Shown: piece after piece, positions 1 through 9,280 of the stretch
How positions within the stretch are numbered: position 1 is the first letter of the stretch
Layout of the letters: the number at the start of each line of letters is the position of its first letter
Position numbers and translations under genes: made by a program
Virus record (IMG/VR): IMGVR_UViG_3300042922_000108
Span: 1 to 56,135 of that record
Length of the DNA: 56,135 nucleotides
Reading direction: 5' to 3' (one strand)
Origin: a virus
Lineage: Duplodnaviria; Caudoviricetes
The notes under the pieces: generated by a model
Told to the model about the DNA's origin: nothing
Database searches by the model: none
What the model saw: the letters and a program-made list of their open reading frames with translations, nothing else

Positions 1-131
1 GAGTCCTGACGAAAATGGTCATGACGGCGAGCCTCTTGACAATTCTTCTTTTTTATGTTAAAGAAGGGTCTTTTCACAAAAAATCTGGGGGCCTTTTTTG
101 AAATGTGTGGGGATTTTGGTAGTTTGCAAGT

Positions 132-656
132 ATGTACGAGTTTGAAGAGCTAGATCATCTCTTTTCGAGGGTTGAGGTCACAGGATTCTGTTGGCTGTGG
201 ACAGGTTACATATCTAAGAACGGTTATGGTCGTGGAGGACACAAAAGCAAGGCTTGGCAACTTCACAGACTCTTCTATACCGTATTGATGGGACCAATAC
301 CGGAAGGTTTGGTGCTGGACCACCTGTGTAGGATAAGGAACTGTGTGAATCCTGACCATCTGGAGCCTGTTACCAAGACAGAAAACAGCAGAAGGGGCTT
401 TGGTGTAGGAGGGTGGCGGGAGAGAAAAAATCCATTTCCATCTCTACAGGAACGTAGATTCTGCAAACACGGTCACGATACTCAAGAAGTGGGCATCACA
501 ACCAAGGCTAGAAAGGACGGCAAGCTATCTCATCGCTGCAACGGGTGTGCTGACAGGTACAAATGTTGGACAAACCACGGCAAGACTGGACGAGGGTGTA
601 CTCCAACTTGTACTGTTCAACAGTTTCCGGTGGACATTCTTATGAAGATGGGTTAG
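132..656 (+). CDS. HNH homing endonuclease
   Basis: CWLW...GYG...HR...DHLCRIRNCVNPDHLEPVT..EN motif plus C-terminal CKHGH...CxxC module; TTGAAA/TAGTTT promoter ends 6 nt before ATG (leaderless). Confidence 0.9.
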   Translation: MYEFEELDHLFSRVEVTGFCWLWTGYISKNGYGRGGHKSKAWQLHRLFYTVLMGPIPEGLVLDHLCRIRNCVNPDHLEPVTKTENSRRGFGVGGWRERKNPFPSLQERRFCKHGHDTQEVGITTKARKDGKLSHRCNGCADRYKCWTNHGKTGRGCTPTCTVQQFPVDILMKMG

Positions 657-666
657 GCTCAAGCAC

Positions 667-885
667 ATGACTGGATATAACAAAGGCGATCAGGTAACCA
701 TCACCAACATTGCAGGACTAACGGAGGATGAGACTACAGAGGCTCACTACCGAATCATTGGTCAGACTGGCTATGTTCGAGAGTTGTCTACAGGGGATTG
801 GGTATACGTCACCATTCCCAGCCATCTCTATTACAGCAAAGGAAAAGGTGCCGCACTCAAGGCAAGTGAACTTGTTAAAGTGTGA
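667..885 (+). CDS. Small KOW/SH3-like hypothetical protein
   Basis: YNKGDQVTI...GQTGYV pattern; TGGACA-17-TAGGCT promoter directly before ATG. Confidence 0.7.
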   Translation: MTGYNKGDQVTITNIAGLTEDETTEAHYRIIGQTGYVRELSTGDWVYVTIPSHLYYSKGKGAALKASELVKV

Positions 886-1007
886 GATACCACACCCCCT
901 AGCGAAACATTTTATGAAGTCCTAAAAAACGACTTGCCAAATCAATTCTGATGTGGTTAGAGTTACACATGGCATTGAAAGAATCCTTGAAAGGGAGACA
1001 AAAAATA

Positions 1008-2486
1008 GTGACCAAGATTTACACTGCTGGAGAGCACGCACGAGTCATCAAGTCTGACCTCGCATACAAAGGCGAACTAGGCGATCAGACCGGCTTGGTG
1101 GGTACCGTTGTGCGCGGCACCGGACGGGGTAACGTTGACCTGACCTTCCCCCACACGGGTGATGCACACTTCTACTACCTCTCAAATGAGATTGAACCTG
1201 TAGGTACCACACCCGCTCCTGAGCCGGAGAAGGAATACCTGTTCCGTGAAGGTGACCACGTTCGATTCCTCGCTGGTCACAACGAAGACTGGACTGGTGC
1301 AGAGTTCACCGTCCTTGAAGACGTTGAAGACACGGGTAGTAGCTACTCACTTGTCCGCGTCAAGGTCACCAAGACTTCTGGCACCGCGTTCATGGAGAGC
1401 TGGTACAACGTAGGCGCAACTGCTCAGATCGGCGCTTCCAAGCTGGAGAAGTTCACTCCTGCCCCGGAACCCAAGTTCAAGATTGGTGACTGGGTGAAGG
1501 TTGAAGGCTACGCTGCCCCTACTTGGGACGGTACCGTTGGCAAAGTGGTGGAGAGCTACGGTAAGAGTGTTCTCATCAAGAATGAAGAGCACAATGAGTT
1601 CGGTCTGACCTTCCCTGTTGCCAGCCTCGTACCGGCTGAAGAGCCGGTGAAGCCGCCTAAGTTCAAGGCCGGTGACTGGGCCAAGGTTGGCGCTGGCTAC
1701 GGCAACTACAGCGGCAAGGTATTCGAGGTCAAGGCCGGTGAAGCTGAGTCCAAGAATGGCAACGTGGAGCTGCACCTGATTGATCCTGCAGGCCGCATGG
1801 CCGACTGGACCGGCTACTTCGCTACTTCCATCCTTGAGCAGGCTAAGAAGCCTGTCCCCACCTTCAACGTGGGTGACCGTGTGGAGTTCATTGATGACTA
1901 CAATGGCACACGCTCAATCGGTGACGCGGGTACCGTCACCTCACTGTCCAACAGCTACAACAACCAGACTGTAGGCAAGTTGGTGTACCTTACGATGGAC
2001 AACGGGGACACGATCAACGGTGTCTTTGCCTGCCGTCTGAAGCTCACTGACAAGCCCAAGCCGTGGGCTCCCAAGTTCAAGGTTGGCGACTACGTTCGCA
2101 CCAGTGGTTGGGGCCACACGTGGGACGATGTGACCAGCATTGTAGTTGCGGTTCCCCAGACGGTTCGTGAGTTCTACACGATTGCTCTGACAGCACCTTC
2201 AGGAGGACTCAAGAAGGATCATGAGGGACGCTTCACGGAGCGCAAGTTGATTGGTGCTCAGAAGCCTGCTGAGCCGCACTGGACTGAGAGCAAGCCTGTA
2301 GGCACTGTTGCTCAGGTTACCTACGGGGACAATGGAGACGTAAACCGCGTCATCCTCAAGACTGCTGAGGATGAGTGGCTGCACCTCTATCAGGACGTGA
2401 GAGGTGTTGTCTACACCGCCGCTAAGAGGAATAACAAAGCCACGAAGGTTCTGGCTAAGAACGTTGCATGGGCTGTAATCGAGTAA
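1008..2486 (+). CDS. Protein of tandem KOW/SH3-like beta-barrel repeats
   Basis: Six repeats beginning (Y/F)xxG(D/E)xxxx separated by Pro-rich linkers; GTG start after AGGGAG RBS. Confidence 0.75.
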   Translation: MTKIYTAGEHARVIKSDLAYKGELGDQTGLVGTVVRGTGRGNVDLTFPHTGDAHFYYLSNEIEPVGTTPAPEPEKEYLFREGDHVRFLAGHNEDWTGAEFTVLEDVEDTGSSYSLVRVKVTKTSGTAFMESWYNVGATAQIGASKLEKFTPAPEPKFKIGDWVKVEGYAAPTWDGTVGKVVESYGKSVLIKNEEHNEFGLTFPVASLVPAEEPVKPPKFKAGDWAKVGAGYGNYSGKVFEVKAGEAESKNGNVELHLIDPAGRMADWTGYFATSILEQAKKPVPTFNVGDRVEFIDDYNGTRSIGDAGTVTSLSNSYNNQTVGKLVYLTMDNGDTINGVFACRLKLTDKPKPWAPKFKVGDYVRTSGWGHTWDDVTSIVVAVPQTVREFYTIALTAPSGGLKKDHEGRFTERKLIGAQKPAEPHWTESKPVGTVAQVTYGDNGDVNRVILKTAEDEWLHLYQDVRGVVYTAAKRNNKATKVLAKNVAWAVIE

Positions 2487-2495
2487 CAAGCTGAA

Positions 2496-2549
2496 TTGAA
2501 GCACTGAGTGGGATGTGCTAGGGTAAAACCTAGTGCATCCCACTTTTTT
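2496..2549 (+). terminator. Intrinsic terminator overlapping the next promoter
   Basis: Stem AGTGGGATG.../...CATCCCACT then T-run; TTGAAG(2496)-17-TAGGGT(2519) lies within it. Confidence 0.7.
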
Positions 2550-2566
2550 ATTTAGGAGAGAAACAG

Positions 2567-3274
2567 TTGGAACGTCTTGAAAATGCATGGGCATCTTGGC
2601 AGAGCTTCATCACTGACCGCGAGGAAGCACGTGGGCAGGCAATGGGCAAGGTAGACCTCGAGAAGAAGCGTCGGCTTGCTGACTTGAAGGTGGAGCTGGC
2701 TCAGATCAGGGCCAAGATTGCCTCTCTGCAGGCCGAAATTGGGATGGAGAAGGTTTCCTACGTCAAGGGCGCGTTTGAGGCTCTGTGGCAGGTAGAGAAG
2801 GCCAAACGCAAGGAAGAACTGGAAGAGGCTATCAGCGAACAGATCAACCAGCATGGCAAGACTGGCTACCAGCTCGCACAGCATCTTGGTACGAAGAACA
2901 TCAACCTCTTCTACGATGTGAAGCACAAGAGTGACGTGTACCGTGGCGAACAGGCCAAGGAAATCAGCAACCTTGATTGGCAGTGGTCCCGCTTCACAGG
3001 CACACAGCGGTACGGACTAGCCAGTGTCTCCCACGGTGAATGGGATTATGTGCTGATGAAGGGCGTGGTTGACTCTGAGCTGGAAGGTAAGGAAGCAGTC
3101 TGGGACTTCAACACTGGTGACTACGTGTCCGGTGACAAGGCAGTATTCGAGAGCGACACCGCAAGCAATCGACGCAAGCGCGCGGACACGCTTGCATCGG
3201 TGCTTGATGGCACGTATGATGGCAAGATAAAGGAAAAGGAAAATCCCTACTGGGAAGAAGTGGAGACGTTTTAG
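2567..3274 (+). CDS. Hypothetical protein with N-terminal coiled coil
   Basis: 235-aa ORF, AGGAG RBS, TTG start. Confidence 0.75.
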   Translation: MERLENAWASWQSFITDREEARGQAMGKVDLEKKRRLADLKVELAQIRAKIASLQAEIGMEKVSYVKGAFEALWQVEKAKRKEELEEAISEQINQHGKTGYQLAQHLGTKNINLFYDVKHKSDVYRGEQAKEISNLDWQWSRFTGTQRYGLASVSHGEWDYVLMKGVVDSELEGKEAVWDFNTGDYVSGDKAVFESDTASNRRKRADTLASVLDGTYDGKIKEKENPYWEEVETF

Positions 3275-3669
3275 TGAATAAGAAGTTTGCAGCCATTGTT
3301 GCAGCAGGAGCACTCGTACTTTGTTTGACCGCTTGCGGTTCCAGCGCCAAGACTGTTGGTGAGAACGTCTCGAAAGAGGCAGATGAGTTCAAGGTGCAAC
3401 GCAAGATTGTCGGTATCAACGGCATCACCAACACCATTGCCTTTGAGGTAGAGGGCAAGTGCTCCATTGCAGATCAAGGGCACCAGCTTGAGGTCATCTG
3501 CAGGCATGGTCCTGATGAATACCGTAAGCACATGATCGGTCTGAGTGACAACACGCTCTACGTGGCAGAGCAGTTGGACCCCATTGACGTGAGCCGGTAC
3601 CACACCACAATCAAGATCAGGCCGGAAGCCCTCATTCCCGGTTTCCAAGTTGAGGCTGGTCAGCAGTAG
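3274..3669 (+). CDS. Lipoprotein
   Basis: Signal peptide MNKKFAAIVAAGALVLCLTAC with lipobox. Confidence 0.8.
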   Translation: MNKKFAAIVAAGALVLCLTACGSSAKTVGENVSKEADEFKVQRKIVGINGITNTIAFEVEGKCSIADQGHQLEVICRHGPDEYRKHMIGLSDNTLYVAEQLDPIDVSRYHTTIKIRPEALIPGFQVEAGQQ

Positions 3670-3677
3670 CAAAAGCC

Positions 3678-3745
3678 AAGAGCCCTGCAGGTGTATTACA
3701 ACCCTGCAGGGCTCTTTTGCATTTCTTTCAGATATGCCCTAGACT
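3678..3745 (+). terminator. Intrinsic terminator followed by sigmaA-type promoter
   Basis: AAGAGCCCTGCAGG/CCTGCAGGGCTCTT stem plus T-run; TTGCAT-17-TAGACT. Confidence 0.75.
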
Positions 3746-3776
3746 CTTACTAACACCAACGAGAGAAGGAAAAACC

Positions 3777-4112
3777 TTGGAAAAGCTCACCGTAGAACAG
3801 CGCCGGATGGTAATTGACTACTACGCAACGAAGCTGGTGGAAGAGTGGCCTGCTGAAATGAATGGGCTCGAGATTGAGCAGCGCTTGGAGGATGCTCACC
3901 GAGAGCTGGCATGGCGCACCAACAAAGCTATCTCATCTGAGCTCTTCAACAACCTCATTGAGTTCATGCTTGACTACCAAACCTTTGACCGCGATCCGGC
4001 TGGTTGGCTCAATGAGCACGGCTGGGCAGACACCGCACCGCGCCGGTACTACTGGAAGCAGCACATGAATGACATGATTTTCGCCCTCATCAACGACATT
4101 GCAGGAGTGTAG
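3777..4112 (+). CDS. Hypothetical protein
   Basis: TTG start after GAAGGA RBS; abuts helicase. Confidence 0.7.
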   Translation: MEKLTVEQRRMVIDYYATKLVEEWPAEMNGLEIEQRLEDAHRELAWRTNKAISSELFNNLIEFMLDYQTFDRDPAGWLNEHGWADTAPRRYYWKQHMNDMIFALINDIAGV

Positions 4113-5522
4113 TTGGAGCAGCCGTATACACCTCACACAGACCAGAGAACTGCAATTGACTTCATCCTCAAGCACAAGGCCGTCCTTATCAAAGGTGGTG
4201 TGGGCTCAGGTAAGACGTTGGTAGGGGTACAAGCAGCTCTGGAAGCCGGTGTGGAAACCTTGCTGGTGATCGGACCCCTCAATACGTGGAAGGGATGGAG
4301 AACCACCACGGAGAGGCAGTCAGAGGGTGCACGAGAGCTTCGCTGGATCAACTCACGCAAGGCAGGGCAGGAAGCCTTACAGGACCTCATGACAGGAGTA
4401 CCCGGCTGGTACTTTATCGGACGTGAGCTGTTCCGCAACTACTCGTGGCGCAAGGTCACGCTGGACATGGTTATCTGGGATGAGATTCACGGAATCTCCA
4501 ACCGCAAGTCCAAGTCCTTCAAGATCACCAAGACTGCCAAGGCTACGTACAAGCTGGGGCTGTCTGCCACACCGGCAGGTAACCACCTCTCAGGCATGTG
4601 GTCAGTCAGTACATGGCTGTGGCCTACCAAGACTCTCAGAAGCTACTGGTCGTGGATTACCCAGTACTTCATGACTGAGCCTGACCCTTACTCTGACTTC
4701 AACCCCAAGGTGACGATAGAGCGAGAACCCGGCAAGATGTGGGCAGAGCTACCTGCTGCCTACAAGATGAAGTCTGTCTATACAGCAGAACCGGTCATCC
4801 ACGAGATTGAAGTTGATATATCACCTGTCCAGCGGAAGCATTACCGCGAGCTGGAAGAGGAAGCCTTGACGTGGCTCAAGGGGCACCCGCTGGCGATTGA
4901 CGTACCCGCCGTCCTTCACACACGACTTAGGCAAGTGTGCTTAGCTGTACCCTCAGTCAAGCAGGACTGGATCAAGCGTAAGGACAAGGAAACGGGACTA
5001 TGGGAAGACGTTTGGGGCGACGTTGTTTGGTTTGACGAAGATGCCAAGTCAACCAAGATCGACGCCCTGCTTGAAATCCTTGGTGACCTGTACGTTGAGA
5101 AGCCTGTCCCTGTTCTCGTGTTCACAGACTCTCGCAAGTTCGCAACCATCACTACCAAACGTTTGCAGGCCAAGGGTTACCGCGCTCGCCAGTTCATCGG
5201 TGGTATGTCGGACGCAGAACGATTCTGGAAGCTGGACAACTTTGGTAAAGAGTACGATGTGCTAGTTGCTGTTATTTCAGCCATCGGTACCGGCACTGAT
5301 GGATTGCAGGACGTATGCAATACAGAAGTGTGGATGAACTTTGGTTGGAATGGTATTGAAAATGAGCAGGGATTTGGTAGGCTGTCACGGCAGGGACAAA
5401 CCAAGACGGTACAGCGGTTTATCATCCAAGCACGTGACACGGTGGAGACTCGCCAACGTGAGAAGCTAAGGTCAGACCAAGAGCTTTTGAGTATCGGTTA
5501 CAGAGATAAGGAAACAGTCTAG
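4113..5522 (+). CDS. SF2 (SNF2-like) DNA helicase
   Basis: GSGKT Walker A, DEIH, SATP, Q-x-x-GRLSRQGQ motif VI. Confidence 0.9.
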   Translation: MEQPYTPHTDQRTAIDFILKHKAVLIKGGVGSGKTLVGVQAALEAGVETLLVIGPLNTWKGWRTTTERQSEGARELRWINSRKAGQEALQDLMTGVPGWYFIGRELFRNYSWRKVTLDMVIWDEIHGISNRKSKSFKITKTAKATYKLGLSATPAGNHLSGMWSVSTWLWPTKTLRSYWSWITQYFMTEPDPYSDFNPKVTIEREPGKMWAELPAAYKMKSVYTAEPVIHEIEVDISPVQRKHYRELEEEALTWLKGHPLAIDVPAVLHTRLRQVCLAVPSVKQDWIKRKDKETGLWEDVWGDVVWFDEDAKSTKIDALLEILGDLYVEKPVPVLVFTDSRKFATITTKRLQAKGYRARQFIGGMSDAERFWKLDNFGKEYDVLVAVISAIGTGTDGLQDVCNTEVWMNFGWNGIENEQGFGRLSRQGQTKTVQRFIIQARDTVETRQREKLRSDQELLSIGYRDKETV

Positions 5523-5783
5523 TTGAATACCAGTTTTGAAGATGAAAAGCCTGTAGAAGCCTTCGGTGTGGAAGACATTGTGCGAGGTCTGCACGAGGGT
5601 GAAGCAGCCAAGAAGGAACTGGCTATCCTCAAGCCAGCGTTCGCCTACGCCCTGTCCAAGCTCGAGCGCAAGCAGTTGCGTATCCGAGCAGAGGATATGG
5701 AGCACATCGGTGAGACGTACACCCTCGAGGCAAAGAGTGACGGCAACCGTGGAGTCATTCTTAGGAGCGTGAAGGTACTGTGA
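5523..5783 (+). CDS. Hypothetical protein
   Basis: Tightly packed ORF in operon. Confidence 0.65.
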   Translation: MNTSFEDEKPVEAFGVEDIVRGLHEGEAAKKELAILKPAFAYALSKLERKQLRIRAEDMEHIGETYTLEAKSDGNRGVILRSVKVL

Positions 5784-6022
5784 GCGAACTGCTTGACGCT
5801 AGGGCTCCAGACGGACAGCCCACAGAGAACATTCGGCTGATGCTCACCAATGAGCAGGCACGTCTTGATGAGTGGGAGCGCTCATTGGTGGCAGCTCTAC
5901 GTTCTGTTGAGAGCTACACGGATATCATCAAGCGGAACCGCGAAACTGTGAACCGCCTGAAGATGGAACTCAGGACACGGTTGAGGGAAGAGCAGGAAGC
6001 CGTAGAGGTGAATGGCCTGTGA
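5780..6022 (+). CDS. Hypothetical coiled-coil protein
   Basis: GTGA overlap coupling. Confidence 0.7.
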   Translation: MSELLDARAPDGQPTENIRLMLTNEQARLDEWERSLVAALRSVESYTDIIKRNRETVNRLKMELRTRLREEQEAVEVNGL

Positions 6023-6306
6023 CAAAAGAGTTCGTACAGGTTCGGCCTGACAATGGTTACCTGATTCACGCGGTACCTGCAGATTCGGAGGCTTACCACA
6101 CAGCCAGCAACCAACCGCGCTGGAGTAAGAAGGGTGTCATCTGCAGGAAGATTCAAGGTAGGGATGCTCAGCGCTTCCCAAGCTTGACCTTCCGCTTGCG
6201 GGATGGAGAGCGTATCCCCTTCACGCGGGAAGAACTGCAGCGTGACGATATGCCGCAGTTCTGCACCACGTGTTCTGATCGAGTTTTACCGGCAATTGAG
6301 TCGTAG
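6019..6306 (+). CDS. Hypothetical protein with C-terminal CxxC
   Basis: GTGA overlap coupling; FCTTC. Confidence 0.65.
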   Translation: MTKEFVQVRPDNGYLIHAVPADSEAYHTASNQPRWSKKGVICRKIQGRDAQRFPSLTFRLRDGERIPFTREELQRDDMPQFCTTCSDRVLPAIES

Positions 6307-6592
6307 CGCAATCTTCGCCAAGGCTGCTAGCTACTGGCAGGACATGAAGCAGGACTACATCAGCTTTGTGGACTGCCAGTATCTAGCAGCCGTTGAAGCC
6401 ACCGCTGGTGTGCTTGTGAACAAAGACGGTAGGGCTAAGCACATTGACGGTTACACGCTCTTCTCGGGACCGCTGAGCAGGGCACAGAAGTATGCTTCTG
6501 AAGAGCTGCTGGAGTTCTGGGAGAAGAACCCACGGCGGACTCTGAGTCAGTTTGAAGAGCAATGGGTAGCAGGAATGGAAGGATTCGAGTGA
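6296..6592 (+). CDS. Conserved actinophage hypothetical protein
   Basis: LF.GP...A.KYASEEL..W...PR pattern recalled from actinophage proteins; TTG start inferred. Confidence 0.65.
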   Translation: MSRSAIFAKAASYWQDMKQDYISFVDCQYLAAVEATAGVLVNKDGRAKHIDGYTLFSGPLSRAQKYASEELLEFWEKNPRRTLSQFEEQWVAGMEGFE

Positions 6593-6669
6593 GCTGGTTC
6601 ACTGACACTGACGATGAGGTAGAGAACGATTCCGTTGGCTGGTTCAACGAACGCGACTATTGCGAGTGA
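6589..6669 (+). CDS. 26-aa acidic micropeptide MSWFTDTDDEVENDSVGWFNERDYCE
   Basis: GTGA overlap with upstream stop; GGAAGGA RBS; below ORF-track cutoff. Confidence 0.5.
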   Translation: MSWFTDTDDEVENDSVGWFNERDYCE

Positions 6670-6683
6670 GCTAAACTGTAGGG

Positions 6684-6785
6684 ATGAACGAACATAAATC
6701 CCATTGCCCTCGAGGGGCAAAGTCTCCCGTCGATAACAACTTCACCTGCACCTGTGAGCGCGTGGACGGAAGACCAAAGAAGTAG
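6684..6785 (+). CDS. 33-aa His/Cys peptide
   Basis: TAAACT -10 box 6 nt before ATG; HxxxC...CxC. Confidence 0.45.
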   Translation: MNEHKSHCPRGAKSPVDNNFTCTCERVDGRPKK

Positions 6786-6837
6786 TTGACACACGTAAGG
6801 CCTTGCACCTATTATTTTCTTAGGCGCAAGGCCTTAC
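6786..6837 (+). promoter_or_regulatory. Promoter whose -10 box sits at the loop of a 17-bp inverted repeat
   Basis: TTGACA-18-TATTAT; arms GTAAGGCCTTGCACCTA / TAGGCGCAAGGCCTTAC. Confidence 0.65.
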
Positions 6838-6859
6838 TAATGACTGGAGAGAAAAGAAA

Positions 6860-7225
6860 ATGACTAAGCCCTCAGCAAAGCTGGAAAAGCTCGCCACTAT
6901 CGCCCTGCAGACCAAGCAGAAGGCAGATCAGGCAGTGGAGATTGCCGAAGCCGCCAAGCTCGCGTTCCTACAGCAGCTCATTGCGGAAGACATGTTCAAC
7001 CCTGACACCAAGGCCGTTGGTCCGGTTCGCACCACCATCAGCCCCAACAGGTACTTTGACCTCGATGCGGCGCTCACGCTGGTCCCTGAAGAGGTGGTGG
7101 AAGAGTGCAAGGTGACGGTGGTTGATCCGAAGCTTCTGAAGCAGAACATGACACCTAAGCAGCTCGAAGCTGCAATGGTCAGCTACGAAGTACCGTTCAA
7201 GCTTGGCCTGAAGGTGGCAGAGTGA
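6860..7225 (+). CDS. Hypothetical protein
   Basis: 121-aa ORF with GGAGAG RBS. Confidence 0.75.
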   Translation: MTKPSAKLEKLATIALQTKQKADQAVEIAEAAKLAFLQQLIAEDMFNPDTKAVGPVRTTISPNRYFDLDAALTLVPEEVVEECKVTVVDPKLLKQNMTPKQLEAAMVSYEVPFKLGLKVAE

Positions 7226-7356
7226 GGCCACGTGTGAGGATCGCCACACGGCCATTCCAAGGGCAGCTAGGCACCCTCTCCAAGGGTGGGAAGCACATCA
7301 CTCTGGACGGCAGCAACGTGGTTCTCAGTTCTACCCGGCAAGCTTATAAGCTTTAG
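7222..7356 (+). CDS. 44-aa KOW-like peptide
   Basis: GTGA overlap; RVRIATRPFQGQLGTL resembles KOW motif. Confidence 0.45.
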   Translation: MRPRVRIATRPFQGQLGTLSKGGKHITLDGSNVVLSSTRQAYKL

Positions 7357-7386
7357 GTCACTTTAGGTGATCCTTATAAAACAAGT

Positions 7387-7419
7387 AGAGCCCCTATCCT
7401 TTCGGATGGGGGCTCTTCT
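7387..7419. terminator. Terminator hairpin between convergent genes
   Basis: AGAGCCCCTATCC-tttc-GGATGGGGGCTCT. Confidence 0.75.
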
Positions 7420-7424
7420 GTGTC

Positions 7425-7781
7425 CTAGCGCAATACCTTACCATTGCGGATTATGGGATGACGTTCTACCGGGAGTGAGTCGCCTCGCTCAAACATTAGC
7501 TGGTGGCCGCCATACCTAACCAGACTGGTTGCGATCATGTAGACCGCGATATTGAAACGATATTGGTAAAGCACACGCTTGTAACCCTGAAACCACCAGT
7601 CCAAATCCTCTCTTGCCCCGAAGCCGCAATGCTCCATCTTCAATGGCTGTGCTATTCCATCGTCCTTTGGATGAGGACGATTCCCCCCATGTGCTTCATG
7701 CATTGCATGTAGTCCACGGTGGTTGGAATCGTAAGGCCCAGCACCTTTCCAATTCTCAACTCTATAAACCGCAACGTGCAT
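7425..7781 (-). CDS. Hypothetical protein, possible ADP-ribosyltransferase-like fold
   Basis: Only - strand gene in this arm; leaderless ATG after TATGGT box; VYRVE..GPY...CGF...WF...QLMF pattern. Confidence 0.6.
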   Translation of the reverse strand: MHVAVYRVENWKGAGPYDSNHRGLHAMHEAHGGNRPHPKDDGIAQPLKMEHCGFGAREDLDWWFQGYKRVLYQYRFNIAVYMIATSLVRYGGHQLMFERGDSLPVERHPIIRNGKVLR

Positions 7782-7990
7782 GGAAAAACCATACGAGTGA
7801 CAAACCATGTCAAGCAAACCGACACGGCGCGACACGCCGAGTAGTCCCCAAAAGTGATTTAGAGTACACAGGTACCCGTAACCAAGTAGTGCCGGTTTGA
7901 AAAGACGAGTGTTGACCATGTATAGAAGCAGGACATAGATTTATCTCAGTAGCAAAGAGAGCTACCAACCACTAGGAAGAGGTAAACAAA

Positions 7991-9274
7991 ATGGCAACTG
8001 CAACCACCACCCGCAAGGCATCCACCACCGCTGGTAAGACCGCTGGCAAGACTACTCCATCCACCAAGCTCAGCGGACAGACACCGGCTCACGTGGCCGC
8101 TGTGAAGCCAGCACCGGCACCGCAGAACCCCGAAGTCAAAGAGTCCAAGATGGAGATTGAAAGCACCGTAGTTCCGGGCAAGGTTGCTTTCGCGGTGATG
8201 ACTCCAGACCGGCTCAAAGCTCTGGCATTCATCAGCACATACAGCTCCACGGATGAGCAGTCCACCAGCCCTCGCGGACACGGTTACCAGAGGGAGCCGA
8301 TGGAAGAGCGCTTCCCCGGTATCGGTCGCTACTACGCTCGCGGTGACAACCGCTTCCGTATCCCCACGCTGACTATCAGCGTCAGGGTCTACGACGCAAA
8401 GGGCAGGGCTCGCTTCAACACCCTGTTCAATCAGGGGAACATCAGCAAGATTCATCAGGAGTTCGGGCGTTCCGTCTTCTCCATCGTGGATGGACAGCAC
8501 CGCTCCGGTGGCCTATTCTGGGCTTGGAAGAGCATCGAAGACTTCAACGCCTACGTTCCCATGATGCTGAACTACGGCCTGACGTACCGGGAAGAGGCAC
8601 AACTGTTCGATGACATGAACACCACGCAGCGCAAGCTCCCGAAGGCTCTCATTGAGGCCACGAAGGTGCACACGGAAGCTGACAACGCTTCCCACGCCCA
8701 AACCATTCGAGCGGTGACGTTCGAGCTGGCAGAAGACGGTGATTCGGTCTGGAACGGCAAGGTCAACATGACCGGCAAGCCTCGAGCTGCTGAACCTGTC
8801 AGCTTTGAAGGCCTGCGCCGGTCAGTCGGTGACCTGCTTCCCGCCAAGGTCATTGGCAGGCTCGAGGATCGCGGCTACATTCCCAGCAACGTCGCCAAGC
8901 GCTTCTGGGGCATGGTAGCCAAGGCATGTGCTCCAGCGTGGACAGACCAGCCCCGGTGGGTAGAGAATGAAAACCGGGAGCAGGTGGAAGAGCCTGTCAA
9001 GTACCGGCTGAAGGACGTGGTTGGTGTCGCCGCCGTCTCGCTGCTGGGAGCCGATATCCTCCTGACAGCGCTGGACAAGAGCACCAAGGATGAAGATTTC
9101 TGGGACATTGTTTCCGAGTACGTCAGCAAGCTTGGAGCTATCGACTGGGAGAAGCGGAAAAACAATCCGTGGATGAGTACTTCAGCCGGATTCGGTGGAC
9201 AGCGCCAGTTGTACGACATGCTATATTCACTGGTGTACACGGACACTCAGCCGGGAGTACCGGCAGAGTCCTAA
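7991..9274 (+). CDS. DGQHR-domain (DndB/ParB-Srx fold) protein
   Basis: YQR and IVDGQHR motifs, EEAQLFDDMNTTQRKL; own promoter (TTGACC-18-TAGATT) and terminator. Confidence 0.85.
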   Translation: MATATTTRKASTTAGKTAGKTTPSTKLSGQTPAHVAAVKPAPAPQNPEVKESKMEIESTVVPGKVAFAVMTPDRLKALAFISTYSSTDEQSTSPRGHGYQREPMEERFPGIGRYYARGDNRFRIPTLTISVRVYDAKGRARFNTLFNQGNISKIHQEFGRSVFSIVDGQHRSGGLFWAWKSIEDFNAYVPMMLNYGLTYREEAQLFDDMNTTQRKLPKALIEATKVHTEADNASHAQTIRAVTFELAEDGDSVWNGKVNMTGKPRAAEPVSFEGLRRSVGDLLPAKVIGRLEDRGYIPSNVAKRFWGMVAKACAPAWTDQPRWVENENREQVEEPVKYRLKDVVGVAAVSLLGADILLTALDKSTKDEDFWDIVSEYVSKLGAIDWEKRKNNPWMSTSAGFGGQRQLYDMLYSLVYTDTQPGVPAES

Positions 9275-9280
9275 CAGACT

